A stretch of DNA of 49,520 nucleotides from Candidatus Poribacteria bacterium (GTDB lineage: Bacteria; Poribacteria; WGA-4E; UBA9662), in the NCBI GenBank assembly GCA_046582655.1, contig JAYGDX010000417.1, positions 1 through 49,520 of the forward strand, given 5' to 3'. Position 1 is the stretch's first letter; each line of letters begins with the position of its first letter. The notes under the pieces are model-generated. The model did not search any database. It had not been told where the DNA came from and worked only from the letters and a program-made list of their open reading frames with translations. The translations under genes were made by a program, and so were the position numbers. Shown piece after piece: positions 9,694 through 20,500 of this stretch.

Positions 9694-10635
9694 TTAAGCT
9701 CTGCGCTTTTTCTTTCGTTTCTTTGGAGTTTGTTTTGGGGGAACATCCTGCAACCGTGGTTCAGGGAGCAGTTCGTCCAGAATCTCGATTGGTCGTTTTC
9801 TCGACCAGAATACCAGAAGAATTCCAACCGGAATCAATAACAAAACACTGATTAATTGAGATCCAGAAAAGCCGAATGGCATCTGGTCAGAAAATTCCAA
9901 TTTATTGAAAATGGGAAAGATATGACCATCCTGCCAATAAACATATCTTTCATTTCTACGCCAAAATTCAATGATAAACCGCTCAACACCGATATAAATT
10001 AGAACAAGACCGGATATAACACCAGGAACCCGTTCAAGTTTTTTCCGAAAACGCCAAAACAGGCTAAAGGCAACTACCATCAGCAAAAAATCGTAAAGCG
10101 GAGTAGGGTAAACGCTAAACACCTCCCCGCTGATCCGATCAATAGTCGGCTTAATTCCTGCAGGAAACTCCATACCCCAAGGCCAAGGTAAAGTACATCT
10201 TCTCCCATAACAACCATCGCCAGCCAACAAACACCCAATACGCCCAATTCCAATACCAAGTAGCAATAAGGGACCTATGGCGTCAATTATTGGTAGCATC
10301 GGACTACCAGATCTATAAATCGTATATAAAATAGCCACCGAACCAGCGATTAAACCACCATACAATACCAAACCACTGGATGAAAAGAAGGCACTCAAAT
10401 CTTGAAACTCAATGACATAGTAAATTTTCGCTCCAAGAACCCCAAAAACAACAGCACGGAAAACTATTGAATAGGCAAGCTGGACATCAATATTTTTCCG
10501 AGGAAATTCACGTTGCAGACCAACCAAAGCCGTCAGAAATGCAAGTGCCATCATAATCCCGTAGGAATGGATTCCAATCGGGTAGGGTCTCCCCAAAATT
10601 GTAATAGTACCGAAATCATATAACGTCGGAAACAT
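9694..10635 (-). CDS. lgt: Prolipoprotein diacylglyceryl transferase
   Basis: SYGIMMALAF, GAKIYY, GLVLYGG, IGRIGCLLAGDGCYG, YPTPLY and ERFIIEFWR; multi-pass membrane protein. Confidence 0.92.
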   Translation of the reverse strand: MFPTLYDFGTITILGRPYPIGIHSYGIMMALAFLTALVGLQREFPRKNIDVQLAYSIVFRAVVFGVLGAKIYYVIEFQDLSAFFSSSGLVLYGGLIAGSVAILYTIYRSGSPMLPIIDAIGPLLLLGIGIGRIGCLLAGDGCYGRRCTLPWPWGMEFPAGIKPTIDRISGEVFSVYPTPLYDFLLMVVAFSLFWRFRKKLERVPGVISGLVLIYIGVERFIIEFWRRNERYVYWQDGHIFPIFNKLEFSDQMPFGFSGSQLISVLLLIPVGILLVFWSRKRPIEILDELLPEPRLQDVPPKQTPKKRKKKRRA

Positions 10636-10705
10636 GCCTAAGAGAACCTTTTGAATTTAATATAAATCGACCTTAAACAATTAATGCAACTATCATAGCA
10701 TGGCT

Positions 10706-11434
10706 TCAAAACACATCGCAAAGAGAAATACGGCCGTTAATCATAACTGGGACAACATCAACTAGATCAACTCGTGAACAAAATTCTAGATCACTCTCCA
10801 AACCAATACTAGTCAAATAACGACCGTGATCACTGTTTTGGATTGATTCAAATACCTGCTGGTGATGTGTCTGGAATAGAAGCTGGGAGGTCTTGGCCGC
10901 GTCAGTGAGACAAACATCATTCTGACCTTGACAAAGGGCGTTAACACACGAGCCAGCGAAAAGTGCATCCTCCGTACAAAATTGTCCTTCACGACCAGAA
11001 CAAACAAAAATAATATGATTATTTGCCTGATCAAGAACACGGATCAACGCACCCAAGTTGAGGAATGATCCAATAAACACTTGCTTGGCGGACATACAAG
11101 CGCGCATGGTTCGCGTACCGTTTGTTGTCGTGATTACAACTGACCTACCAGAAACAACAGATCTTTGGTATTCAGATGGCGAATTGCCCAAATTGAAGCC
11201 ATCAACCAGTTTGCCATAACGTTCACCACCAATTAACATATTCGGTTGTTTCTGACGGATGGCGAAGGCTCGTTCTGGTGTCAGCACAGGTTTGATATAT
11301 GTTGCACCATTCGCAATGGCAAACGTAATTGTCGTCGTTGCACGCAAAATGTCTATGACGACAACAGTTTTGCCTTCCAGACATATTGACGACAACAAAT
11401 CTGGAGAGAAAATGACATCAATAGATCTAATCAT
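10706..11434 (-). CDS. comB: 2-phosphosulfolactate phosphatase family protein
   Basis: VVIDILRATTT, GGER, GFNLGNSP, TTTNGT and EDALFAG motifs. Confidence 0.92.
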   Translation of the reverse strand: MIRSIDVIFSPDLLSSICLEGKTVVVIDILRATTTITFAIANGATYIKPVLTPERAFAIRQKQPNMLIGGERYGKLVDGFNLGNSPSEYQRSVVSGRSVVITTTNGTRTMRACMSAKQVFIGSFLNLGALIRVLDQANNHIIFVCSGREGQFCTEDALFAGSCVNALCQGQNDVCLTDAAKTSQLLFQTHHQQVFESIQNSDHGRYLTSIGLESDLEFCSRVDLVDVVPVMINGRISLCDVF

Positions 11435-11612
11435 TGGGTAGATAGTCTCCGACCATCAAGCACTCTCCAGCACCAATTGCGGCTTTTAATGCCAGAAGCA
11501 CAACCAGTTTAGGATTCCTCCCAGTAAACGAACGCTTCGTCTCAGCAAACGTTCCATAATCTGCTATCCATTCAAAAATAATAATGGTACACTTCCAGAT
11601 GCCATTATTCAC
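11427..11612 (-). CDS. Small hypothetical ORF or 3' remnant of a decayed gene
   Basis: Its stop overlaps the comB start. Upstream minus-strand sequence (to about 11740) reads protein-like but contains stops. Confidence 0.3.
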   Translation of the reverse strand: MNNGIWKCTIIIFEWIADYGTFAETKRSFTGRNPKLVVLLALKAAIGAGECLMVGDYLPND

Positions 11613-11753
11613 TTTCCAAATGTCGCCAGAAGTTTTTCCACATTTTTACGAATGAGATCCCGCAACTAATCAAGTGTTGGGTTCCATACATCCGGATTGG
11701 TATTTTCAGGTTTTAATGCTTGAATTTTTGCATCTAAACATTGGGTAAAAAAC

Positions 11754-12956
11754 TTGTCTTCGGAGGTATCGCACTTGGACATTGATCGAATTCAAACTCT
11801 CCTCAAAGAAAATAATATTTCCGCTTGGCTACTTTATGACTTTCGAGGTATTAATCCGATCGCACAGAGTATTGCCGGACTTCTGGGCCGAAAAATCACA
11901 CGCCGCTGGTTCTGCTATCTTCCTTCGACAGGCAAACCATTTTGGTTGATTCACCGAATCGAACTTTCGCATTTTTATGACGTACCTGGAGAAATCCAAC
12001 CTTACTCCAGTTGGTACCAGCTCCATACGGCACTTGGACAGATGCTTACACCTGAATCAAGGATCGCTATGGAGTATTCGCCGAACGGGGCAATTCCCTA
12101 CGTCTCCCGAGTCGATGGTGGAACACTTGAATTGATCCGGTCTTTTGGCGTTGACCTGTGTTCTTCGGCAGATTTAGTGCAGTTGATAGACGCTTGCATT
12201 TCTCTAGATCAATACGCTGGACATCTTGAATCGGCGAAATGTATTTTGCAGGCCAAAGACTACGCATTCAAATGGATAGGAGATCAAACACGACGAAGTC
12301 AATCCATTACCGAATATGATGTGCAACAAATCATTCTAGATCAATTTGATAGAATGGACCTCATTACCGACCACCCGCCTATTGTTGCCGTAAATGCAAA
12401 CAGCAGCGACCCTCATTATTCACCATCACCAACAAAACATGAACCGATCAATCAAGGCGATTTTGTCTTAATTGACCTGTGGGCAAAACAGAAGAACCCA
12501 GATGCCATCTTTGCTGATACGACGTGGACAGGTTTTGTTGGCAAGAAAACACCAGATAAAATTAGTGAAATCTTTGACATTGTCCGTCAAGCCCGAGACT
12601 TGGCTATTGAATTCATAACAGAACATGTTGAAACAGGAAACAAAGTTTACGGATACGAAGTTGATGATGCCGTTCGTAACTTTATTTGCCAACACGGTTA
12701 CGGCGACTTTTTCCCTCATCGTACTGGTCACAACATTGGCACACATATTCACGGCAACGGAGCGAATATCGACAATTACGAGACGATGGATCAGCGTTTA
12801 CTAGTTCCAGGCACCTGCTTTTCGATTGAGCCGGGCATTTACCTTAACGATTTTGGCGTTCGTACAGAGATTAACGTTTTTTTAGCTTATCCAGAGCAAG
12901 GCGGCGTAAAAGTGACAACCGTCCCAGTTCAAAATCAGATATTAAGGCTGCTGTAA
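11754..12956 (+). CDS. M24 family metallopeptidase (Xaa-Pro aminopeptidase-like)
   Basis: PHY, LIDLW, ADTTW, HRTGHNIG, FSIEPGIY and GVRTE metal-ligand motifs. Confidence 0.92.
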   Translation: MSSEVSHLDIDRIQTLLKENNISAWLLYDFRGINPIAQSIAGLLGRKITRRWFCYLPSTGKPFWLIHRIELSHFYDVPGEIQPYSSWYQLHTALGQMLTPESRIAMEYSPNGAIPYVSRVDGGTLELIRSFGVDLCSSADLVQLIDACISLDQYAGHLESAKCILQAKDYAFKWIGDQTRRSQSITEYDVQQIILDQFDRMDLITDHPPIVAVNANSSDPHYSPSPTKHEPINQGDFVLIDLWAKQKNPDAIFADTTWTGFVGKKTPDKISEIFDIVRQARDLAIEFITEHVETGNKVYGYEVDDAVRNFICQHGYGDFFPHRTGHNIGTHIHGNGANIDNYETMDQRLLVPGTCFSIEPGIYLNDFGVRTEINVFLAYPEQGGVKVTTVPVQNQILRLL

Positions 12957-13623
12957 CTTGGTAATTCCGACGCTTCAAATCAGCCATGATATTGTTGAAA
13001 AACGTTTGGCAACTAATCATCCACTGTAGCGGATTTAAATTGCCAGACTCAACCAAGCCAGCCACACCAAGTCTATAAACCAAGTAATATTTATCTCCTC
13101 GAATGTGTTTTTCTGGTACGAAGGTTTTAGCGGGATCATCCCGGGAGGCCCCATCCGTTTCAAAGACCCAGAAAAAATAGTCCTCGTTATGACCAAGATA
13201 ACCAATTTCCACATCAATCCTGTGTAATTGATCAGAAGGTATGCTGGTAACGCCGAATCCACGTCTCAGGATCTGCGGATAAATTGAGCAAATAAAAATC
13301 TGCTCAAAACCAAGCGGTTGACGAACTATGTTGACACACTCTAGAAACCTTTCCCATTCCGCTGGTTTTAAACCCAGACACACTTTTCCAAAAACTGCGT
13401 CGCGAAGACCCGTTATTTCAGCGAGTGAACCCTGATCCAATAAAGTGAGGCGTTCGATAAGTTTTCGCACCCTGTTGCGTTTGATGGAACTGTGCCAGAA
13501 CAACCAATGACCAAATTGTTTCCAAATCTGTACACTCAGGACCTTTTTAAGGGACAGTTGCTTTAATTTTTCAGCCAGCGCTTTCATGCGACGATTAGTC
13601 GCACCTGCAACTTTATTTCTCAA
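12871..13623 (-). CDS. Hypothetical protein (250 aa)
   Basis: Long ORF with GGAG upstream of TTG; no motif recognised; 3' end overlaps the peptidase gene. Confidence 0.7.
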   Translation of the reverse strand: MRNKVAGATNRRMKALAEKLKQLSLKKVLSVQIWKQFGHWLFWHSSIKRNRVRKLIERLTLLDQGSLAEITGLRDAVFGKVCLGLKPAEWERFLECVNIVRQPLGFEQIFICSIYPQILRRGFGVTSIPSDQLHRIDVEIGYLGHNEDYFFWVFETDGASRDDPAKTFVPEKHIRGDKYYLVYRLGVAGLVESGNLNPLQWMISCQTFFNNIMADLKRRNYQVTAALISDFELGRLSLLRRLALDKLKKR

Positions 13624-13678
13624 GACTCCACCCCAATAAACCTAATCGAGATCCGACATTCTCACTGCTGTTTTCTTC

Positions 13679-13708
13679 TTGCTTGTTTTACACTGCGTGT
13701 GCTAGAAT
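13679..13708 (+). promoter_or_regulatory. Putative sigma70 promoter of tRNA-Leu
   Basis: TTGCTT-N18-TAGAAT with extended -10 (TGcTAGAAT), 13 nt before the tRNA. Confidence 0.55.
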
Positions 13709-13721
13709 AGGCAGCGTTTCA

Positions 13722-13805
13722 GCCGGAGTGGTGGAATTGGTAGACGCGCTGGATTCAAAATCCAGTGGGCCTTGGCCCGTGTCGGTTCGAGTCCGACCTT
13801 CGGCA
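13722..13805 (+). tRNA. tRNA-Leu (anticodon CAA), CCA not encoded
   Basis: Acceptor GCCGGAG/CTTCGGC plus discriminator A; D-loop GGAATTGGTAGAC; anticodon arm CTGGA-TTCAAAA-TCCAG; long variable arm GGGCC-TT-GGCCC; T-arm GTCGG-TTCGAGT-CCGAC. Confidence 0.97.
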
Positions 13806-13866
13806 TTAGAAACTTTACACTGAAATGGCATCGCTTCTTACATGCGAATTTCGCGCCAGCCTAAAT

Positions 13867-15606
13867 TCACTCGAACTGTTCGAGCAACTCGCCAGCTTCT
13901 CGCCCCTCTTCCGTACCCGGGTACCTCTCTACCAATTGACGTAAAATTTTGTAGGTATCGCTGTTTTTGGACTCTTGCTCCCATTGGAAATGCGCTAACT
14001 TCAGCATAGTCTCAGGAATCATTATTCCATGCGGCGCAAGTTCGATAATACGTCGCAGACACATAGTAGCCTGTTTGAAATCCTCTTTCTCTGCAAACTG
14101 TAGGAACTTCTGCCTGTATACTTCAGCGAGACGCTGATATGCTTGAAGCTTTATTCGCAAATCATGGAAACCTTCAACCAGTCGTGTATTGGCAAAAACA
14201 GCCTGATCCCAATCCTCTGTCCGTGATGCAATCTCAGCTAAAACCCGAAGAGAGTAAACAGTCTCAGAAGGATATTTGGCCTGATTGACTTTTCGACGCA
14301 AACTCGATTTCAGTTCTGAAAGTTTGCCACGCGCTTCTATCTCGGTGATTAGACCTTCCTCAAAATCCATCATTCGTTGGGATGCCCGACGCTGGATCTC
14401 CGGATTCGGATTAGCAGTAATGAGATAGATCAGAAAATCGATGGCTTTATCCCTCTGATTCATCTGCCAGTACAGTTCCAGCAAACGTATCATGGCTTCT
14501 TGCCCTTGATGGGTTTGTGGATACTTTTCAGCAAGTTCTTTGAGGATGAATTCTGCTTTTTCAAAATCGAGATTTTGCGAATGGAGATTAGCAATCTCCA
14601 CATGAGTTTCTACGGTAAGTTGGTCTGGATAGGTATCTTTAACCAATCGGTCAAGCATTTCGATCGCGCGCTCATACTCTCCCAGCTGCCGGTAACATTC
14701 GGCAGCATCTCGGAGAGACCGTCTAGCTTCGTGATGCCCACGGAACTCTCCTGCTATTGTAAATGCTTCAATCGCTCCTTGAAGATCTCCCTGCTGCTTG
14801 CGGATATCACCCTTAATCCGCATGACATGGAGGATGTCAGGATGAACAGGTGCTGACACAATAGCTTGATCACATATCTCCAAGGCAAGGTCAAATTCCC
14901 TCATTCTGTGGTAAGTATCAGCCAGATGAACCAGCACTTCAACGCGGCGTGGATAAATTTTCTGTAACCTCTGTAAGATGGTTAAAGATCTGCCCAACTT
15001 GTTTTGCTCACGGTAGTGTTCACTGAGACGAATTGGGCTATGAATCGCCGACTCATGCAACGGATAATTTTTCATCAGAAAATCAATTCGTTTTTGAGCT
15101 GACTCATACTGATTGCGCTGTAGATCGGCATCAATTGCAAGTTCTAAAGCCTCAATTGGGTGATAGCCGCCAACCAGTTTGGTAGTAATTTCATCTACGA
15201 TCTCATCGACCTGATCGTAATCTTGCTTTTCCACCATATGGCGAAGTTGCCAAAGCATGATCTCTGCACGTTCTCGTGGATGTGAAGCTCGCGCTTTCGC
15301 CTGTTCACGGATTGCCCGAGCCTGTTCGACTTCGCCAATAGCCTCATAAACCTCGCTTAGCTTCATCAATGCCCATTTTGCTTCCCACCGCCAAGGATCA
15401 TAAGCCATTAACCGTTTACACTCGTCAATGACAATATCAAATTTTCCTTGACGAAATAACTCTTCGATCTCTTCAATTGGCCGTGAAACAAAATCGTCAT
15501 CTTCAGCGATCTGTATCTCTGGCAGCTGTTCTTGCGCCGACAGAAACAGAAAAGGTAAGGACATAAACATAACGCTAAAGAGACATAGGAAAGGAATACT
15601 TTTCAT
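13867..15606 (-). CDS. Exported TPR-repeat protein
   Basis: N-terminal signal peptide (MKSIPFLCLFSVMFMSLPFLFLSA/QE); helical repeats ending L...YP throughout. Confidence 0.85.
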   Translation of the reverse strand: MKSIPFLCLFSVMFMSLPFLFLSAQEQLPEIQIAEDDDFVSRPIEEIEELFRQGKFDIVIDECKRLMAYDPWRWEAKWALMKLSEVYEAIGEVEQARAIREQAKARASHPRERAEIMLWQLRHMVEKQDYDQVDEIVDEITTKLVGGYHPIEALELAIDADLQRNQYESAQKRIDFLMKNYPLHESAIHSPIRLSEHYREQNKLGRSLTILQRLQKIYPRRVEVLVHLADTYHRMREFDLALEICDQAIVSAPVHPDILHVMRIKGDIRKQQGDLQGAIEAFTIAGEFRGHHEARRSLRDAAECYRQLGEYERAIEMLDRLVKDTYPDQLTVETHVEIANLHSQNLDFEKAEFILKELAEKYPQTHQGQEAMIRLLELYWQMNQRDKAIDFLIYLITANPNPEIQRRASQRMMDFEEGLITEIEARGKLSELKSSLRRKVNQAKYPSETVYSLRVLAEIASRTEDWDQAVFANTRLVEGFHDLRIKLQAYQRLAEVYRQKFLQFAEKEDFKQATMCLRRIIELAPHGIMIPETMLKLAHFQWEQESKNSDTYKILRQLVERYPGTEEGREAGELLEQFE

Positions 15607-15644
15607 TATTTTTCCACCCCAAGAGGTTTCAATTAGGCAAGTGA

Positions 15645-17066
15645 TTACCGCGTATGAAGCGACAAATTTCCCGTTAGTGTCAAGCGCTTTTGCTGGGTAA
15701 AGGTTCGCGGGCGCGTAAATCCTTCGCCAGTAGGACCGGCAATTGTCATGGAGAGAAACCCTTCGCCACCAAATCCGGCACCAGCTGTAGACGGCGCGTT
15801 GGCAACCAGTACGCTGACATTTAAGGCTTGAGCGTATCGTGTCACTCTTGACATCAAATTGGTATGAATCATGGCAGTGTGTTTACGGTTTCCATCTGCT
15901 ACCAGTGCACCTTTAACCGCATCATCAAAGTTTTGAACTCGCACCACCGGTAAAATCGGCATCAAATATTCATCAATAACAAAAATGTGATCTTTGTTCA
16001 CCTCCGCAATGATAGCAACAACGTCTGCGGACGCGTTAATCTCAGCAGCATTCAGAATCACCGTTGCGTCTTTACCAATAAAGTCTTTTTCCGCTCCATC
16101 CTTAAGCAGTGTTTCAACAGATCGAAGTTCATTTGCACTAAGGAGGTACCCCCCACTCCGTTTCAACTCTTGCATGACATCATTGGCCACAGAGTCAACG
16201 ACAAAAAGCGATTTTTCGCCGATACAGAGGAGATTATTATCGAAGCTAGTACCTGTAATAACATCCTTGGCAGCTTTAGTCAGATCCGCAGATTCATCAA
16301 TGACAGCTGGAGGATTCCCGGGCCCCGCTGTAATGGCCTTCTTGCCACTGGTCAATGCGGCTCTAACAACACTGCTTCCCCCAGTTGCCACTACCATGGC
16401 AATATCATCGTGATCCATTATCTCCTTTGCTGTACGAAGCGTTGCATTTTGAACAGCAGTTAAAAGGTTGGGGGGACCACCAGTACTGATAATAGCGTCG
16501 TTAATTATACGCATAGTTTCGACCGTACACTTTTGCGCATTTGGATGAGGACTGAAAACAATTGAATTTCCGGCAGCAACCATGATAACCGCATGATTAA
16601 TAACAGTTGAAGTCGGGTTGGTTGTTGGTGTAATAGAGTTAATGACACCAAACGGTACATATTCAATCAAAAGTGTGCCGTCGTCTCCAGTTGTTGCCTC
16701 AGAAATAAGATCTTCCATTCCAGGCGACATACTGGCAGCACCTTCGTTTTTCTGACGCTTATGATCTACGACACCCATTCCCGTATCTTCGACTGCAAGC
16801 TGGGCCAAAGAAAGGGCATTGTCAAGCCCCGCTTGTCGGATGGCCGCAACGATCCCTTCCCGTTTCGGCTTTCCAAGCTGCATCAATTCAGCTTGCGCTG
16901 TTTTCGCTGCTGCTACTGCCTGACCAACCGTTGAGAAAACGACTGATCCGGAAGGTATTAGCGTTTTAAGATCAACGCTTTTGTCCTGCAGCATACTTTG
17001 GTCGCGAACATTCTGGACAACTTGTGAGACAATCGCTTCGATTTGCTCCTTTGTGATTTCTGCCAT
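15645..17066 (-). CDS. CoA-acylating aldehyde dehydrogenase (EutE/PduP-like) with N-terminal BMC encapsulation peptide
   Basis: PFGVI..ITPTTNP, AAGNSIVFSPHP, ATGG, AGPGNPP, SFDNNLLCIGEK (catalytic Cys), E.LMP, TIAGPTGEG; amphipathic N-terminal helix EQIEAIVSQVVQNV. Confidence 0.93.
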   Translation of the reverse strand: MAEITKEQIEAIVSQVVQNVRDQSMLQDKSVDLKTLIPSGSVVFSTVGQAVAAAKTAQAELMQLGKPKREGIVAAIRQAGLDNALSLAQLAVEDTGMGVVDHKRQKNEGAASMSPGMEDLISEATTGDDGTLLIEYVPFGVINSITPTTNPTSTVINHAVIMVAAGNSIVFSPHPNAQKCTVETMRIINDAIISTGGPPNLLTAVQNATLRTAKEIMDHDDIAMVVATGGSSVVRAALTSGKKAITAGPGNPPAVIDESADLTKAAKDVITGTSFDNNLLCIGEKSLFVVDSVANDVMQELKRSGGYLLSANELRSVETLLKDGAEKDFIGKDATVILNAAEINASADVVAIIAEVNKDHIFVIDEYLMPILPVVRVQNFDDAVKGALVADGNRKHTAMIHTNLMSRVTRYAQALNVSVLVANAPSTAGAGFGGEGFLSMTIAGPTGEGFTRPRTFTQQKRLTLTGNLSLHTR

Positions 17067-17150
17067 CTAGTCCTCCTAAGAACGACAAGCACAAAATGAT
17101 CGAGACTACCTTTAAATGCTAACTATGGTAGAATTTGAATCATTAACCTG

Positions 17151-17423
17151 TTATTTGCTCAGGATCGTTTCAACTTCCGTATGCGGGCGTGGGATAACAT
17201 GGACAGAAATCAGTTCACCGACAGCACGAGCCGCTTCGGCACCAGCTTCAGTTGCAGCTTGAACCGCACCAACATCACCACGAACCATAACAGTAACCAA
17301 TCCACCGCCAATTTGCTCCTGACCAACGAGCGTAACCGGTGCCGCTTTGACCATCGCGTCAGCTGCATTGATCGAGCCAACGAGTCCACGTGTTTCAATT
17401 AATCCCAGTGCTTCTCCAGCCAT
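17151..17423 (-). CDS. Bacterial microcompartment hexameric shell protein (BMC-H, EutM/PduA-like)
   Basis: [37 protein letters not shown]; strong GGAGGAG RBS. Confidence 0.97.
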   Translation of the reverse strand: MAGEALGLIETRGLVGSINAADAMVKAAPVTLVGQEQIGGGLVTVMVRGDVGAVQAATEAGAEAARAVGELISVHVIPRPHTEVETILSK

Positions 17424-17555
17424 ATTTTACATCTCCTCCAATATTGACATCACTTCAAGTTTTGCTATTTGAATTAGTATTTAAGTCTAGTTTGACGTAT
17501 TATTAAGGACTCCCAATCCTACCATCTTCATGGGAAGAATATCCATGGAAATCGG

Positions 17556-20500
17556 CTATCTTTTCACCTGTTGTGACAAGGCACTAAAATACTTCTGGAT
17601 CTGGTCGCGATACTGTAGAGGTATCTCTGTAACTTGACCTGAACGCATACCTAACTGCATCTGCTGGATCACTTGCAACAGCCTGGAATCCAGATCCGGC
17701 AAAGATTTGTTAACCCTATTTGACTTGGCCGTTTCGCCTTTTCGCTTCCTGCTAACTTCTTTTTTCCATAATGATTTCGAACTGTCAAGCAGACGTGTCA
17801 AGATTTCTTTCTGTTTATCAATCACTTCTTGATCTAAGTTACCGCGTTGCAGCTCACTCTCAACCCGCTGCATCTCTTCAGAAACAGGCCGCAGATCGCC
17901 AAGGACCTCAGACAGATTTCCCATCAATTCCGCCAGCCGTTCGGTGGCTTCTCGGATCATCTGTTGTTCTTGTGCTAACCGTTCAAGCGTTTGCTGCATA
18001 TTGGGTGTCTGACCTTGCCGACGCATCTGCTGGTGAAGTTGTTGCGCAAATTCATTCAGATTCCTCTGATTTTCGGACAGTTGCTGTAACTGCTCCATCA
18101 TCTGATCCAAACCGGATGAGGACATTGACATCTGCTGGTTCATCTGATCCATCGTTTCAAGCAGATCAGAGATAACCTGATTTAGGCTGGCAAGTCCCTG
18201 TTTTTGAATCGGGGTTGCCAGACTCGGCTTTCGATCTTCCAAAGCTTTTGCCGATCTGGTCAGTTGATCGCTGGCACCATTGAGACGCCAGACAATCTGT
18301 GGGTTTATGCCCATCTGCTGTTTGCCCAGTTCCCATAGTTGACTTGCCAGTAGATCAATCCCCTGTGCGATATGAATTTCGCTTGCGGCTAAATTCTGTA
18401 GTTGCAATACTTCGCCATCAATGTAATCGCCCCGCCCAGTCCGCAGTATATCTTTGGTCGCATCAGCAGTTTCCTCATGTGTTCGTGAAAGGTACAGCCC
18501 CGTCCTGACAGCCACCCGGATTTCTGCCAGCATCTGATCCGCGTTTGCTCCTTCCATGAATTCCATCGCATTATCAAGCCCCTGATGGAGCTCAGTCAGT
18601 CCTTGCATAGCTTTCTGACTCGATTGCCGTGCCTCTGACAACTGGAATTGACGTAGTTGAGAACTTGTCTGGGTGATTTGCTCAGCAATTTTTTGATCTT
18701 TCGAAAACTGGCTGAGACGTTGGACTTCATCCCCAATCCGCTTCAAACTTGGCTGCTCCGACATCTCACTGCCAACCTGGTCTAGTTTCATCTGCAATTC
18801 CGACAATCCGTACTTGACTTTCTCCTCTCGCACAGCCAGATTTTTTCCTTCCTCGGAGATCTGACGGTTGGTCATCTGATCGATCTGTTCACTAATCTGT
18901 TTTTGTCGTTGAACCAACTCATCAGCCTGCTTGACTGCGGCTTCTAACTTCTGTTGTAAAATTAGCTGTTTGTACAGCGAGGTTAATCGGTCTAGCTGCT
19001 GTACAAACTGTTCCTGGCTGACATTCGCTTCCTCAAGACGACGTTCTTGATTCAATAATTGTTGTTCACGCAAAGCTTCCGATAATTTTTCAAGTATTTC
19101 TTTGTGTTCATCTGATAGCGCCTGATCCATTAACTGCTGTAGTTCTTGATATTTCTCGACGGTTTCTTGATTGAGGAGTTGTTGATTTTCTATTTGATTG
19201 GTGAGTTCTTTAACTTCCTCAATTCGATCTTTTACGCTACGTTCAATCTGTTTCTGATTTTCAATGAATTGCTCAATTAATTTCTCATCTTTGACAGTTA
19301 GTTCCTGGCTTTTCTTAATTTTATCGATCAGCCCCTCTACCGCTGCTTCAGTTTCAGATTGTTGCTCAAAAACAGCCTCAAGCCCTTGAACACTAGCCTC
19401 TTGTTTGGACTCAATTTCGTCGAATATTTCTGCTAACGAAGGAAAACGGATAGTAAAAGTAACAGATTTTCCGACACGTCCAATCACATCAATTGCTTCG
19501 GCATGATAGGAAACCACATCCCCCGGAAAGAGGTGAAGCAAGTCGACATCCCACGAGAACTCGGTAATTACACTCGATAAGGACGGGTTCAAATCTTTAA
19601 CTGGTATCGACGGTTCACCTCGATCCTGCCCTTCAACACGATACACAATCTGAACCAACTTGACACCATAATCATCAACTGCTGATGTTTTCAGACTCAC
19701 CATCATTGAGTCATCGAGTACCACATCCTTACCGGGTATAAGGATCTCAATTCTCGGCGCCTGATCCTCAATAGCGTTGATTGTGTAGCGGGTTGGATCT
19801 GAATTGGTCACGCCATCAGCGTCTACCAATTCAAGGTAATATTCTTCACTTTCTTGAATGATGAAATCGCCCGTCATACAAGTTCCATCTATTACCTTCA
19901 ACAAAACAGGATCAGATTCGCCAAAGACCAATTTGGCTTGCACTATCGGTTTACTGCCGTTGCCTTCAAAACCAACCCGTGTACCTATGAGAGTGTTCAC
20001 ATCACCGAAATTCTCCTCAAGCAACTCAGGCGATAATCCTGTATATACAGGAAAATTAAGTTTCAGTTGGAATCGGGTGAGAGCGGGTTCACGCCTAACC
20101 CCAACCTGAAATGTATCGGATCGTGTTCCTTTTGAAGCAATATAATATTCAAGAGATTGGGTGACGTTTTTAATGTCGCGATGATAAGCGATTTCATTGA
20201 TTGTCCGCAACATGTTTATATCATGCCAAGTGCCGTTTTTTGATCGGTACAAAATATCGACTGAAGCACCAAAAGTCCCTGTTACTTTGGCCGAAAATCC
20301 CACGTCGCTCCCGGATTCAATTAAAATATTGCCAGGTTGAACATCCGAAATTTGCACCACAACCACATCAATTGGATTTTTGGGGATCTCTTCAAATACC
20401 AATGCAAAATCCCTAATTGAATTTGGGAAGATCCAAGTTGTGATCACAAGTAACAGGACAGCAAACAGGGTGAGAATCGCGTTTTTCTTGTGAAGCGACA

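Noticed and set aside
10706..11434. Coenzyme M biosynthesis pathway
   Set aside because: ComB-family phosphatases are widespread alone; no comA, comC or comDE in the window.
13722..13866. tRNA-Leu as an integration site of an island or prophage
   Set aside because: No integrase nearby and I saw no duplicated tRNA 3' end in the window.
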